DNA of 64,000 nt from an uncultured Phycisphaerae bacterium (GCA_963767465.1 CAVYDW010000001.1:1474931-1538930); one strand, 5' to 3'; positions 10,758-22,668 are shown, counted from the stretch's first letter. Program-made: numbers and translations. The notes: a model not told the origin generated them from the letters alone.

Positions 10758-11771
10758 CCATGATGGAAACAAGGCTGCTCAAGAAAGACTCCCTGGCGGC
10801 GCTGTTCGAGAAGATCCTGCGCCGGCGGTCAGCGCATCCTCGCCCCCAAGGCCCGCGGGGAGACGATCAACTTCGAGCCGGTGGCTTCCGCGGCCGAGGT
10901 CAGTCTCGACCAGGTCCAGACCCGCGCCTCGCGCCAAGGACGCCGTCTTCCCGGCCTGCGAGGCCCTGGTCCGTTACCGTTTCGACAACGGCAACGTCGC
11001 ACTCGACGACGCCTTCGAAGCGCCGGCCCAGGTCCTCTTCGGCGTGCGTCCCTGCGACGCCCGGAGCCTGGCGGCCCTGCGGGCCATCTTCAACTGGGAC
11101 TACCCCGACAAGTTCTACCTCCAGCGCGAGGCCCGCACCACGATCATCGGCATCTCCTGCACCCGCTGCGACGAAGCCTGCTTCTGCACCTCGGTGGGCG
11201 GCGGCCCCGGCGATACAGCCGGCAGCGACATCCTGCTGACCCCCGTGAGTGATTCGGCATATCTGGCCGAGATCCTGACCGAGAAGGGCAAGGCGATCGT
11301 TGCCCTGGCGCCGGACCTGTTCGCCCCGGCCGGCAACCAGGCCAAGGAGCCGCACTTGGTGCAGGTGCCCGTGCGGTTCGACCTGGACGAACTCACCAGG
11401 GTTACTCCGGTGCGGTTCGACCAGGACCAGCGATGGGTCGAGCAGTCGCTGCGCTGCCTGGGCTGCGGGGCCTGCGCTTCGTCTGCCCGACCTGTGCCTG
11501 CTTCGACATCCAGGACGAGGCCGGCCGCCAGGGCGGCGTCCGCCTGCGGTGCTGGGACTCCTGCGGCTTCTCGCTGTTCACCCTGCACACCTCGGGCCAC
11601 AACCCGCGCAACGTGCAGAGCCAGCGCTGGCGCCAGCGGGTCATGCACAAGTTCGCCTACATGCCCGAGCGTCAGGGGATGCTCGGCTGCGTGGGCTGCG
11701 GCCGGTGCTCGCGGGCCTGCCCCGTGGACATGAACCTGGCCGAGCACCTTAAGGACCTTGTGGAGAGCTGA
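10758..11771 (+). CDS. Flx-type iron-sulfur subunit (sulfhydrogenase-beta/AsrA-like, FlxB-like); about 3 frameshifts
   Basis: Segments across 3 frames include CTRCDEACFCTSVGGGPG and CPTCACFDIQDE...GFSLFTLHTSGHNPRN...CVGCGRCSRACP. Confidence 0.55.
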
Positions 11772-12625
11772 ATGGAAGCCGTACAGACCCTCCCGAACAT
11801 CTACAAGCCGTACCTGATGCGGATCGAGAAGATCACCGACGAGGCCCCCGGCGTGCGGACCTTCCGCCTGGTCTTCACCGACCCCGTCGACGGCCGAGCG
11901 GTTCACCTTCAAGGCCGGCCAGTTCGGCGAGTACTCCGTCCTTCGGCGAGGGCGAGAGCACCTTCTGCATCGCCTCCTGCCCCACCCGCAAGGGCTACAT
12001 CGAGTGCACCTTCCGCCAGGCCGGCCGCGTCACGGCGGGGCTGGCCGACAAGGACGTCGGCGACATCATCGGCTTCCGCGGGCCCTACGGCAACACCTTC
12101 CCCATCGAGCAGTGGAAGGGCAAGAACCTCGTCTTCGTCGCCGGCGGCATCGCCTTGCCGCCGCTGCGCTGCGTGATCTGGAACGTCCTGGACCTGCGCG
12201 AACGGTTCAAGGACGTCACCATCGTCTACGGTGCCCGCACCGTCGCCGACCTGGTCTACAAGCACGAGCTGGCCGAGTGGGAGGGCCGCCCGGACGTGAA
12301 GCTGGTTCAGACGGTCGACCCGGGCGGCGAGACGCCGGACTGGAAGGGCAAGATCGGCTTCGTGCCAACGGTCGTCGAGAAGGCGGCCCCCTCCAGCGCC
12401 AACACGATCGCCATCGTCTGCGGCCCGCCGATCATGATCAAGTTCACCCTGCCGGTGCTGGCCAAGCTGGGCTTCACCGCCGACAGCATCTACACGACCT
12501 TGGAGAACCGGATGAAGTGCGGCGTCGGCAAGTGCGGCCGCTGCAACGTCGGCAAGACGTTCGTCTGCAAGGACGGCCCGGTATTCACCTTCGCCCAGGT
12601 CAAGGAATTGCCGCCGGAGTATTAG
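11772..12625 (+). CDS. Flx-type FAD/NAD(P)-binding subunit (FlxA/HydG/AsrB-like); about 2 frameshifts
   Basis: N-terminus MEAVQTLPNIYKPYLMRIEKITDEAPGVRTFRLVF, and C-terminus with NAD-binding fold and a 2Fe-2S motif (CGVGKCGRCNVG). Confidence 0.6.
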
Positions 12626-12966
12626 AAGGCCGTTAGGCCCGCAGGCCATTCCGCCGCAAGCCCCAGCGCCCGGGTGCCATGGTCCTGCAACGGCGCACGA
12701 CCATGCTGTCGGGTGGTACTGGCAGCCGAGCTGCCAGTGCGGCCGTTGCCGTTGTTTCTCCTGAACCCCGAACCCTGAACCCTCCCATCCGCGCCCGTCC
12801 GGCCGACCTCGCCCCGCACTGTCCCGCAGCCGCCCCGAAAAGAATCTTCCGGCAGTTTCTTTTGCGCCCCTCTGGCATGACAGACCCGCCCGCCATATAC
12901 TTTGCCGCTTAATCTGGCGTACTTGTACCTACAAGTTAGGTCTCTCGGATAAAGGGAAGCGTTCCT

Positions 12967-15601
12967 ATGAAGCGAGTACCGACGTGGATGTTTGCACTGA
13001 CGGTCGCCGGCCTGCTGGGAGGCGCGGCCTGGGTGTACGCAGCCCCAGAACAGATGAGTGCCATCGCGGCCCGGGCGGCTGACGCCGTTGCCCCGCACGT
13101 GGAGCAGATCAAGCTCTGGCAGCCGCTGATCGGCGAAAAGTTCAACATCGGCGAGAAGATCGCCCTGTGCATGAACGTCGTGATCGCCCTGGCGGGTCTC
13201 TGATTACGCCCTGACCCTCGTCAGGCAGGTCCGCGGCGCAGACCAGGGAACCCCCAAGATGCAGGAGATCGCCCGGGCCGTCCGCGAAGGCGCCAATGCC
13301 TACCTCGGCCGGCAATTTCGGGTGGTCGGCGGCCTGATCATTATCATTACCGGCGCGTTGTGGTGGGCGGCCAACAAGTCCGGCGCGGTCCCCGAGATCG
13401 CCGTGGGGCGTGCCATTGCTTTCCTCGTCGGCTCGATCTTCTCCGCCACCGTCGGGTTCGTCGGCATGCGCCTGGCGACGCAGGGCAACCTTCGCGTGGC
13501 CGCGGCCGCCCGCACCAGCTTCGGCAACGCCCTGCAGCTGGGCTACCGTACCGGTACGATCACCGGTATGCTGACGGACGGCCTGGGTCTGCTGGGCGGT
13601 TCGATCATCTTCCTGGTCTACGGCGAGCACGCGTACGAAGCCTTGCTCGGCTTCGGCTTCGGCGGCACGCTGCTGGCCCTGTTCATGCGAGTCGGCGGCG
13701 GCATCTATACCAAGGCCGCTGACGTTGGCGCGGACCTCGTTGGCAAGGTCGAGGCCGGTATCCCCGAAGACGATCCCCGCAACGCCGCCACCATCGCCGA
13801 CAACGTCGGTGACAACGTCGGCGACTGTGCCGGTATGGCCGCCGACATTTTCGAATCCTACGAAGTGACCATCGTGGCCGCGATGATCCTGGGTATCGCC
13901 TCCTTCGGCCACAAGGGCGTGATCTTCCCGCTGCTGGTTCGCGCGATCGGCGTGATTGCCTCGATCGTCAGTACCTACAGCGTCCGGGCCGGCGACAAGG
14001 GCTCGGTGGCCGAGGCTATGAAGAGCGTCAACAAGGGCTTCGTCATCGGTTCGGCCCTGAGCATCCTGGGCTTCCTGGCCCTGGGCCTGGTCTACCTGCA
14101 CTTCAACGGCACCGTGACGGTCAACGGCATCGCCGTCCCCTACATCCAGGCCTACCCGCAGGCAGCCGCCGGTTTCCCGGGGCACGATCCGGCTAACCTG
14201 GCCACCTGGCAGAACCTGGGTTGGGCGGGCCTCGACATGCGGCCGGCCTGGACCTGCCTGATCGGTATCGTCCTGGCGGTCTGCCTGAACAAGGTCACCG
14301 AGTACTTCACCGGCACCGAGTACGCCCCGGTCAAGAGCCTGGCCAAGTCTTGCCAGACCGGTCACGCGACCAACATCATCCAGGGCTTTGCCGTCGGATA
14401 TGAGAGCAGCGTGGCAGCCGTGCTGGTGATCGCCGCGGCGATCCTCGCCTCGACCGTGATCTACGCCGGTACCAATGCGACCTTCGTGGCCTTCGGCGTG
14501 GCCATGTGCGGCATCGGCATGCTCACCCTGACCGGCAACACCATCTCGATGGACGTGTTCGGTCCGGTGGCCGACAACGCCAACGGTATCGGTGAGATGG
14601 GCTACGACAAGGCGGAGATGGGCGAGGCCCAGTACAAGAACGCCCGCCAGATCCTGGCCGACCTCGATGCCGTCGGCAACACCACCAAGGCCATCACCAA
14701 GGGCATCGCCATCGGTTCCGCGGTCATCGCCGCTGTCTCGCTGTTCAACTCGTTCATCGTGTCGGTCGGCTCGGGCGGCCAGGGCGAGAACGCCCTGATC
14801 GGCGAGGAGACGTACGCCAAGGTCGCTTCCATGCTGACTCTCAGCGATCCGCGGCTGTTCATCGGCATGCTGATCGGCGGTGCGGTGCCCTTCCTGTTCA
14901 GTTCGATGACGATTCGCGCGGTCGGTCGCGCGGCGTTCCTGATCGTCAAGGAAGTCCGCATCCAGTTCCGTGACAAGGCGATCTGGGAAGGCACCAAGAA
15001 GCCCAACTACGGCCGCGTGGTGGATATCTGCACCGCCGCCGCCCAGAAGGAACTCATCGGCCCCGGACTGCTCGCCTTGCTCGTGCCGGTGCTGGTCGGC
15101 TTCAGCCTCGGTGTAGTCCCCCTGGCGGGCTTCCTCGGCGGCATGATCGTGGTCGGCCAGCTGCTGGCGGTCTTCATGGCCAATGCCGGCGGTGCCTGGG
15201 ACAACGCCAAGAAGATGATCGAGGACGAGCCGAAGGACGCCCTGGCCAATACCGGCAAGGGCTCGGAGAAGCACAAGGCCGCCGTTACCGGCGATACCGT
15301 CGGCGACCCGCTGAAGGACACCGCCGGCCCGGCCATCAACCCGCTGATCAAGGTCATGAACATGGTCAGCCTCCTGATCATCGGCCTGATCCTGCCGTAC
15401 GACAAGGTCATGGTCGGCGCCCTGCAGAAGTTGGGCGTGAATGTAACGGCCAAGCCCTACGACCAGATGTACTGGATCATCATCGTCGTCTGCGTCCTCG
15501 GGCTGATCTGGGCCCAGTGGCAGTCCAAGCGCGAGAGCAAGGAACTGCAGGAGATGGAAGACGAGGTCGCCAAGGCCGAGGCTGTCGGCGCCGGCAAGTA
15601 A
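12967..15601 (+). CDS. hppA: Membrane-bound proton-translocating pyrophosphatase (H+-PPase); one frameshift near 13200 separates a 78-aa N-terminus
   Basis: A 780-aa ORF carries the canonical H+-PPase motifs (GGIYTKAADVGADLVGKVE, DNVGDNVGDCAGMAADIFESY). The upstream 78-aa ORF supplies the first TM helices. Confidence 0.85.
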
Positions 15602-15658
15602 GAGGACCGGTTCCCGGGGCGCCACCTGCAGCCCCAGGTAGCCGCAAAGCAAACCCAA

Positions 15659-15694
15659 GGGCCCGTCCGCCGACAGGTGGATGGGCCCTTTTCC
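15659..15694 (+). terminator. Candidate intrinsic terminator after hppA
   Basis: GGGCCC...GGGCCC hairpin followed by TTTTCC, about 60 bp after the stop. Confidence 0.35.
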
Positions 15695-15862
15695 TGGGCG
15701 CGGTCTCTCAGACCTGCTCTCGGGCAGCCACCCGAAAAGACGGGCTCGCCGCTTCTTCCGTCGTGTGACCGGCAGCAACGGCGGGCTTGATCCCGATCTT
15801 ACAGAGGCGATACTCCTTCGTACCTGAAACGGATATGGCGGCCACAGGGATCGAGGTCATCC

Positions 15863-16946
15863 ATGCATCCATTGCGTCGAGCTGTGTCACCTGACGGTGA
15901 GGGCCTTCTGGCCAACCTCCGACGCCAGGGGACGCCCCGGCGGGTGCACCTGCTGGAACTCTTCTTCGATGAGGAGGTGAAGGACGCGATCTGCAAGAGG
16001 TTCGGCCTGGCTGAGCACCTTCGCCGTGACGATCCCTTCTACCAGCCCAAGCGCGAGATTGCGTTTCAGCGATTCCTGGGCTACGACTATGTTCTGGGGC
16101 AGTTGCCGGTATGGTGGCTGGCCCGCAATCCCCTCAAGACGGAGGATACCGCCGGCCTGGCCCGCAAGGGCGGTCGGGCGTACATGGATGAGCATCGCGG
16201 GCCGATCATGTCCTGGGCGGACTTCGAGCAGTACCAGTGGCCGGACCCGGCGGCAGACTTCCAGCAACGTCCTCGAGTGGTATGAGAAGAACCTGCCCGA
16301 AGACATGTGCCTGATCAGCGACGCATATGCGTACGTATTCGAGTTCCTTTTTGCGCTGATGGGGTACGAGCCGTTGTGCTTCGCGCTGTGCGAGCAACGG
16401 GACCTCGTGGCGGCAATCGCCGCGAAAATCGTCGGGATCGTCCGCGGTACGATGCTCCGGCTGAGGCAGTTCAAGCGCATCCGGGCGGTATGGGGGATGG
16501 ATGACATGGGGTTTCGGACCGGCACGCTGATCTCGCCGGCGGACCTGCGGCAGTTCGTACTACCGGTCCACAAGATGGCCGCCCAGATGTCCCATGACAA
16601 CGGCTGGCTCTATCTGCTCCACTCCTGCGGGGACCTCGGCCAGATCCTGCCCGATCTGATCGAGGGCGTGAAGATCGATGCCAGGCACAGCTTCGAGGAT
16701 ACGATCGAACAGGTGACGGACGCGAAACGCCAGTACGGCCAGAAGATCGCGCTGCTGGGCGGGATCGACATCGACTTTCTGTGCCGGGCCGACGAGGAGG
16801 CGATCCGCCGGCGCGTCCGGCAGACCCTGGACGCATGCCTGCCAGGCGGCGGCTACTGCCTGGGCAGCGGCAACAGCATCGCCAACTACGTGCCGCTGGA
16901 CAACTACCTGGCCATGATCGACGAAGGGCGGTGCTACGCAGGGTAG
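15863..16946 (+). CDS. Uroporphyrinogen-decarboxylase (URO-D) family protein, MtaA/CmuA-like methyltransferase type; frameshift near 16265
   Basis: Lacks the HemE N-terminal motif. The C-terminal part (LLHSCGDLGQILPDLIEGVKIDARHSFED...LGGIDIDFL...LGSGNSI) resembles corrinoid:thiol methyltransferases. Confidence 0.55.
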
Positions 16947-16961
16947 GGGGGGACAATGCCC

Positions 16962-17162
16962 TTACCCGCCCCCTACGATCCGCACCAGCTCCAGCCGGTC
17001 GGCCTCGCACAGGACCGTCGTACTGTACGTCTCGCGGTCCACGATCTGGCCGTTGCGCTCCACGACCATGCCCAGGGGGTTGAAGCCCAGCCCCTCCAGC
17101 AGCGACAGCACCGTCGTGCCCGCGGCTACCTCTCGTGCCTGACCATTGGCGTCAATTCGCAT
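16962..17162 (-). CDS. thiS: Sulfur-carrier protein ThiS
   Basis: 66 aa, MRIDANGQAREV...ELVRIVGGG with a C-terminal Gly-Gly. Confidence 0.7.
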   Translation of the reverse strand: MRIDANGQAREVAAGTTVLSLLEGLGFNPLGMVVERNGQIVDRETYSTTVLCEADRLELVRIVGGG

Positions 17163-17211
17163 CACATCGGCTCCAAACGCGGGCTGTTCCGGGCGCACCG
17201 CTACTGACCCC

Positions 17212-18356
17212 TCAGGGCGCCGCCTTGCGCCCGGCCTCCGCGTCGAACGCATAATCGAAATCCTTCCACACCGGGTCGTATCCCGCCCTGCGGATCATCG
17301 CAGCGACCTGGGCCGGGGAGCGGTTGTCCTCGATCTCGAACTGTTCGAGCGTCTCCGCCCCGGTGATCGAGTACCCGCCCGGGCGAGTGGACGAGCCCGC
17401 GCTCATGTGCGTTACGCCCAGGGGCACCAGCGCATCGCGCAGCTCCTGTGGCTCCCGCGTGGACAGGTTGATCCCCGCCTCCGGCATGAACAGCCGCACC
17501 GCAACGATCAGCTGCACCAGCTGGCGATCAGCCACCAGACGCGGCACGGCGAACCGCGCCGGCGTGTGCCGCAGCCGCGGAAACGAGATCGCTACCGCGC
17601 TGCCCCAGCACTCCCGCTGCAGATATCGCGCGTGCAAGGCCATCCAGAAGCCGTCGAGCCGCCAGTCGTATAGCCCCAGCAGCGCGCCGATGCTCAGCCG
17701 ACGGACCCCCGCGCGCCCGGCCCGGTCCATCGTGTCCAGCCGGTACTGATAGTCGCGCTTCAACCCCTTGCGGTGTACCTGGCGGTAGGTCGCCTCGTCG
17801 TACGTCTCCATGTACAGCGTTACGCCGTCCAGCCCGCGGTTGGCCATGTCGCGATACTCGTCCTCTTTCAGCGAGTACACCTCGACAGCTACCGACGGAA
17901 AGTACTCGTGCGCGACCGACACCGCCTCGGCGATCTGCGCAGGACTCACCGCCTGCGGCGCCTCGCCGGTCAGGAGCAGCACGCTCAGATAGCCGTGTGC
18001 CCGTAGCGCCAGGCACTCCTGCCGCAGTTCCGCCTCGCTGAGCGTCCGGCGCTTCCGGCCATGGCCCGCGTGCCGCCCATAGCCGCAGTACGAGCAGTCC
18101 GCTGCGCAGATGTTCGAGATGTAGATGGGCGCGTACATCGAGATGGTCCGGCCGAAGTGCTGCCGCGTCAGCCGCTGCGCCTCCCGTGCCATGGCTTCCA
18201 GTCGCGGCAGTGCGTGCGGCGACAGCAGCGCCGCCAGGTCGGCCGGCCCGCGGTCCTCGCGCCAGCGCCCGCTCGAACGTCGCCCGGCGTCGAGGCATCG
18301 ATCATCTCCCGCACCCGCTCGCCGGGCCAGGTTTTCAGTTCCTCAAGAAAACCCAT
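17212..18356 (-). CDS. thiH: 2-iminoacetate synthase ThiH (radical SAM); about 2 frameshifts at the 5' end
   Basis: 326 aa main ORF with CAADCSYCGY. The N-terminus MGFLEELKTWPGERVREMIDA and the following segment are in other frames. Confidence 0.75.
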
Positions 18357-18402
18357 CTATCTCCGCGTCCTCCGCGCCTCCGCGGTGAAATCGCCGCTGC
18401 CG

Positions 18403-19233
18403 TTACGGCTGACCGCTGACGGCTGACCGCTGACCGCCGTTCGCCAGGAACCCCGTCAGCGGACTCGACGCTTCAGCCGTCTCCCGCGGCGGCCCCAGGC
18501 CGCTGCGGTACGCCAGTCTCCCCGCCTGCGTTGCCAGCGCGAACGCCCGCGCCATGCCAGCCGGGTCCGTGGCGTCGGCCAGCGCCGTGTTGACCAGCAC
18601 CGCGTCCGCGCCGAGTTCCATCGCCTCCGCCGCGTGTGATGGCGCGCCCAGCCCGGCGTCCACGACCACCGGCACCCGCGCCTGCTCGATGATGATGCGG
18701 ATCATGTCCCGCGTCCTGAGGCCCTTGTTGCTGCCGATCGGCGCGCCCAGCGGCATCACGGTAGCAGTCCCGACCTCCTCGAGCCGCTTGGCTAGCACAG
18801 GGTCCGCCTGGATGTACGGCAGCACCGTAAAGCCGTCCTTGACGAGCATCTCCGCCGCTCGCAGGGTCTCGATCGGGTCCGGCAGCAGGTACCGCGGCTC
18901 GGGCGTCAGTTCGAGCTTTACCCACGGCCCCATGCCAGCCGCCCGCGCCATTCGCGCCAACCGCACGGCCTCGTCGGCATTTCGCGCGCCGGAGGTGTTC
19001 GGCAGGACCAGGTGCCGCCCGGGCTGCAGCACCGACAGCACGCTGTCCTGGCCGGGCCGGGACAGGTCGGCCCGCCGCAGCGCGACCGTCACGATCTCGG
19101 CGCCCGACGCCTCCAGCGCCAGCCGCAGCGCCTCCGCCGAGGCGAACTTCCCCGTCCCCACCAGCAGCCGCGAGCGGAACCGCCGCCCCGCAATCACCAG
19201 CGAATCGTCGTTGAGTTGTGAATCGCCGCTCAT
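18403..19233 (-). CDS. thiG: Thiazole synthase ThiG
   Basis: 276 aa intact; LLVGTGKF...LPNTSG...[14 protein letters not shown] are hallmarks. Confidence 0.85.
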   Translation of the reverse strand: MSGDSQLNDDSLVIAGRRFRSRLLVGTGKFASAEALRLALEASGAEIVTVALRRADLSRPGQDSVLSVLQPGRHLVLPNTSGARNADEAVRLARMARAAGMGPWVKLELTPEPRYLLPDPIETLRAAEMLVKDGFTVLPYIQADPVLAKRLEEVGTATVMPLGAPIGSNKGLRTRDMIRIIIEQARVPVVVDAGLGAPSHAAEAMELGADAVLVNTALADATDPAGMARAFALATQAGRLAYRSGLGPPRETAEASSPLTGFLANGGQRSAVSGQP

Positions 19234-20059
19234 CCCTGCGTTCCCTCGTTGTTCTCCGCACCCTCTGCGCCTCCGCGGTGGACTTCGTCGTCACTCCAAA
19301 CCGCTGCGCACCGGCAGTCGCGCCGCCGCGGGACCCGCAGCGTCGCCAGCTGCATCGTCTCACCGTCCACGCTGTGCAGCAGGCCCGCGCCGTCCGCCTG
19401 CGCCCGCCACAAGCCCGCGATCCACCGAATGACCTCCAGGGCCTGCACGCTGCCCAGGATGCCGGGTACCGCCCCGAGCACACCTTGCTGGGCCGTGGTC
19501 GGCACGCCCCGCGGGACCTCCGGGCTCACGCACCGCAGGCACGGCGAGCAGCCCGGCACCACGAACATCGCATGCCCGGCCAGCGCCAGGATCCCGGCCG
19601 TGGCCAGCGGCTTTCGCAGGTCCACGCACACGTCGTTCAGCAGGTACTTCGACTCAAAGTTGTCCGTCGCTTCCACCACGGCATCATAGCCCGCCAGCAG
19701 CTCCCGGGCATTGTCCCCGGTCACTCGCACCGCATGCGGTTCCAGCCGCACCTCGGGGTTCAGCGCCGCCAGCGTCGCCGCCGCGGATTCGGCCTTGCCC
19801 ATCCCCAGCCGCGGCGTGTCGTGCAGCACCTGCCGCTGCAGGTTGGACAGCTCCACCGTGTCCGGGTCGAACAGCCCCAGCGTCCCCACGCCCGCCGCCG
19901 TCATGTACAGCGCCGCCGGGCTGCCCAGCCCGCCGAGGCCTACCACCGCCACCCGGGCCCGCCGCAAGCGCTCCTGCCCGCGCCGCCCAAACGACGGGAT
20001 CAGCACGTTTCGCTGGTAGCGGATGGATTCGCTCGCATTCACGCCTCTAGCCGTCTCCA
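19230..20059 (-). CDS. thiF: ThiF/MoeB-family adenylyltransferase
   Basis: From [25 protein letters not shown]: Rossmann motif [17 protein letters not shown] and a CSPCLRC zinc motif. Stop overlaps the thiG start. Confidence 0.7.
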
Positions 20060-20385
20060 TGAAACCGTATCTTCTACCACCCGCACCCATACTTGGAAAG
20101 CCAGGTTGCACCGGTCGTATACAAGTCCATCGCGTTGTAAGTGAGGAGCATCGAGAACAGAAACGGGGTCCCCAATACCGTTGGCCTGCCTGGTGATCGG
20201 TACGTCGTGGCTGCCCGGTCGCCCGCTGCGCAGCCCCCGAAGTCCTACGCGTTGTTCTTGCTGTTCGCGATGCCCGATGTGCGATGCTTGATGCGCAGCA
20301 CCCACCGTCTGCCGGTACGCAGCACTCAGGACTCAGCACTGCTGTCCCCGCCGTTCTCGTCCCTCGCCCCTCGTCCCTGTCGTTC

Positions 20386-21135
20386 TCAATGCGGATGCAG
20401 ATGCCGCAGCGCATGCGGCCGCTCCAGGTCGTGCCGCAGCATCAACTCCTCGTTCGACAGCAGCTCCACCGTCGGCCCTTCGGCCGCAACCACCCCTTTG
20501 GCCAGGATGATCACCCGCGGGCACAGCTCCACCACCAGTTCCAGGTCGTGCGTCGCGATCAGCTTCGTGATCGGGATCTCGCGGAGCAGCTGCTTCAGGT
20601 CTCGCCGGCCGCGCGGGTCCAGGCTGCTCGTCGGCTCATCCAGCACGAGGATCGCCGGGTCGCACGCGAGCACCCCCGCCAGGCACACCCGCCGCTTCTC
20701 GCCGACGCTCAGGTGGTGCGGCGCCCGGCCATCGAACCCCGCCAGCCCCACGCGGATCAGCGACTGCCGTACCCGCTCGGCCACCTCGCCCTCAGCGATG
20801 CCGAACTGCCGCGGCCCGAACGCCACGTCTTCGAAAACGGTCGGGCAGAACAACTGGTCGTTGGGGTCCTGGAAGAGCAGCCCCACCTTGCGGCGGACGT
20901 CCGGCAGGTGTTCCGGCCGCAGCGGCTCGCCCAGCACCGACACCGCGCCGTTTCCGCGCTGCGTCTCCGGCAGCAAACCATTCAGGTGGAGCAGCAGCGT
21001 GCTTTTGCCCGCCCCGTTCGGCCCGATCAGCCCCACGCACTCGCCGGCCTCGATCGCCAGGCTCACGCCGCGCAGCGCCTCCTGCCCGTCGCCGTAGCGG
21101 AAGTGCAGGTCGCGGACTTCGATGGCTGCGCTCAT
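20386..21135 (-). CDS. cbiO: ECF transporter ATPase component (CbiO/EcfA-like)
   Basis: MSAAIEVRDLHFRYG...GPNGAGKSTLL (Walker A), LSVGEKRRV (signature), ILVLDEPT (Walker B). ATG overlaps the cbiQ stop in an ATGA. Confidence 0.8.
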   Translation of the reverse strand: MSAAIEVRDLHFRYGDGQEALRGVSLAIEAGECVGLIGPNGAGKSTLLLHLNGLLPETQRGNGAVSVLGEPLRPEHLPDVRRKVGLLFQDPNDQLFCPTVFEDVAFGPRQFGIAEGEVAERVRQSLIRVGLAGFDGRAPHHLSVGEKRRVCLAGVLACDPAILVLDEPTSSLDPRGRRDLKQLLREIPITKLIATHDLELVVELCPRVIILAKGVVAAEGPTVELLSNEELMLRHDLERPHALRHLHPH

Positions 21136-21744
21136 CGCCATCCCCTCGCGCACATGGCTGCGTAGATCCGCTCCGCCCGCTCGCTGCTGCGGATGAACAG
21201 ACTGGCTGATGACGGTCGAGAGCGTCCGCCACTGCCAGGCCCGCTCGTGCCTGAACGTCCGGCTGGCGCGGGCCCGCCGCATCCGCTGGGTCTCATCGAC
21301 CAGCACGAACAAGTAGCGGTACATCAGCGAGAGCGTCGTCACCAGCAGGGCCGGCACCCGCGCCGCCCGCAGCACCCGCACCAGGTCCGAAAACGGCGTG
21401 GTGTTCGACAGCAGCACCATCGCCAGCAGGCACAGTGTGCACTTGGCGACCAGTACCGCGAACAGCCGCCATCCGCCCGTCCCGAACAGCGCCAGCACCG
21501 CCACGCCCACCACGAACGGCTCGAGCAACAGCAGTCGACGCAGCAGGAACGTCACCGGAATGCGACTGAGCAGGGCGATCGCGACGAGGACCCCCGCCGG
21601 TACCCCCAGCCACCCCGCTCGCTGTGGCGGTAGCAGCACCATCGCCAGCACGATCCCAACGGCTGCCGCCAGCTTCACCCATGCCGGCAGGCGGTGGACC
21701 GGCGAGTTCAGTCGGCTGTATCGGTCAAGAAAGTCGTGTCGCAT
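21132..21744 (-). CDS. cbiQ: ECF transporter T component (CbiQ); one frameshift near 21190
   Basis: MRHDFLDRYSRLNSPVHRLPAWVKLAAAV.... The canonical C-terminus ASLFIRSSERAERIYAAMCARGWR* is read in the alternate frame. Confidence 0.7.
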
Positions 21745-22668
21745 CGGAGTTCCTGGGCACCAGCACCCGGGCGAGCAGCCACGCCAGCAGGAAGACCACG
21801 ATCGTGCCAGCCGCACCGGCCAGCGACGTTGCCAATACGCCCCAGCGGATCCCGGGCATAGCGTACTCGGGCATCGGCGCAGCCAGCGCCGCCTTGCCGG
21901 ACCGGCCCGCCAGACCCAGCACCTTTTCCAGCCCGTCCGGCAGGGCCGACGCAAAGGGCGAGATGAACAGCGCCAGCCCCAGCGAGATCAACGCGCCGTA
22001 CGCGATTATCGCGCCGTAGGCCCGCCCCGGGCGCTCCGCCTCCTGCGGCGCCACCAGGTCCGGCCGCGCCGCGCGATCCCCGCCAGCACCAGGCCCGTGA
22101 TCAGCCCCTCGCCGATGCCGATGAGCATGTGGATGCCCGCCATGGCCGGCAGGGCGACCGATCCGCTGACGGTGCCCGAGATCGCCAGCTCCCCCGCGCA
22201 CACGATCGCCGCTAGCACCGTGCCGCACCAGCCCGCGAAGGCCGCCGCCAGCACCCGCCCGAACAGGCCCGTGACCAGTCGGCTGACCACGTGGTAGACC
22301 GACCAGCCCACCACCGTGCCGACGATGGCCATATTGAAGACGTTCGCCCCCAGCGCCGTCACCCCGCCATCGGTGAACATGAAGCACTGCACGATCAGCA
22401 CAGCCGAGATGACGATGACAGCCGCGCTGGGCCCCAGCAGCACAGCCGCCAGGACCCCGCCGACCAGGTGCCCCGACGTCCCACCAGCCACCGGAAAGTT
22501 GATCATCTGCGCCGCAAACACGAACGCCGCCGTCAATCCCAGCAGCGGCACCTTCCGCGCCGGCAGGTGTAGCCGCGCCTGGCGCAGCGCCACCCCCAGC
22601 CCGGCCACCGCCAGCCCGCCTGCTGCCGCCGCCGTTCGCGCATCCAGGATTCCGTCAGGAATGTGCAT
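21725..22668 (-). CDS. cbiM: ECF transporter substrate-specific component CbiM/NikM with a C-terminal PDGLE domain; frameshift near 22080
   Basis: MHIPDGILD N-terminus; the C-terminal segment ...FISPFASALPDGLEKVLGLA is in another frame. Start codon of cbiQ overlaps. Confidence 0.7.

Noticed and set aside
13142-15778. 878-aa antisense ORF opposite hppA, and similar long antisense ORFs (9921-10772, 24395-25963, 31100-32755, 33669-35519, 34922-38059, 38493-40838)
   Set aside because: Antisense to well-supported genes; low-complexity Arg/Ala/Gly/Pro composition typical of stop-poor frames in ~68% GC DNA; no motifs.
20386-21954. Single fused CbiQ-CbiO 522-aa protein
   Set aside because: The alternate frame yields the conserved CbiQ C-terminus (ASLFIRSSERAERIYAAMCARGWR) with a stop overlapping the cbiO ATG, so these are two genes plus an indel.
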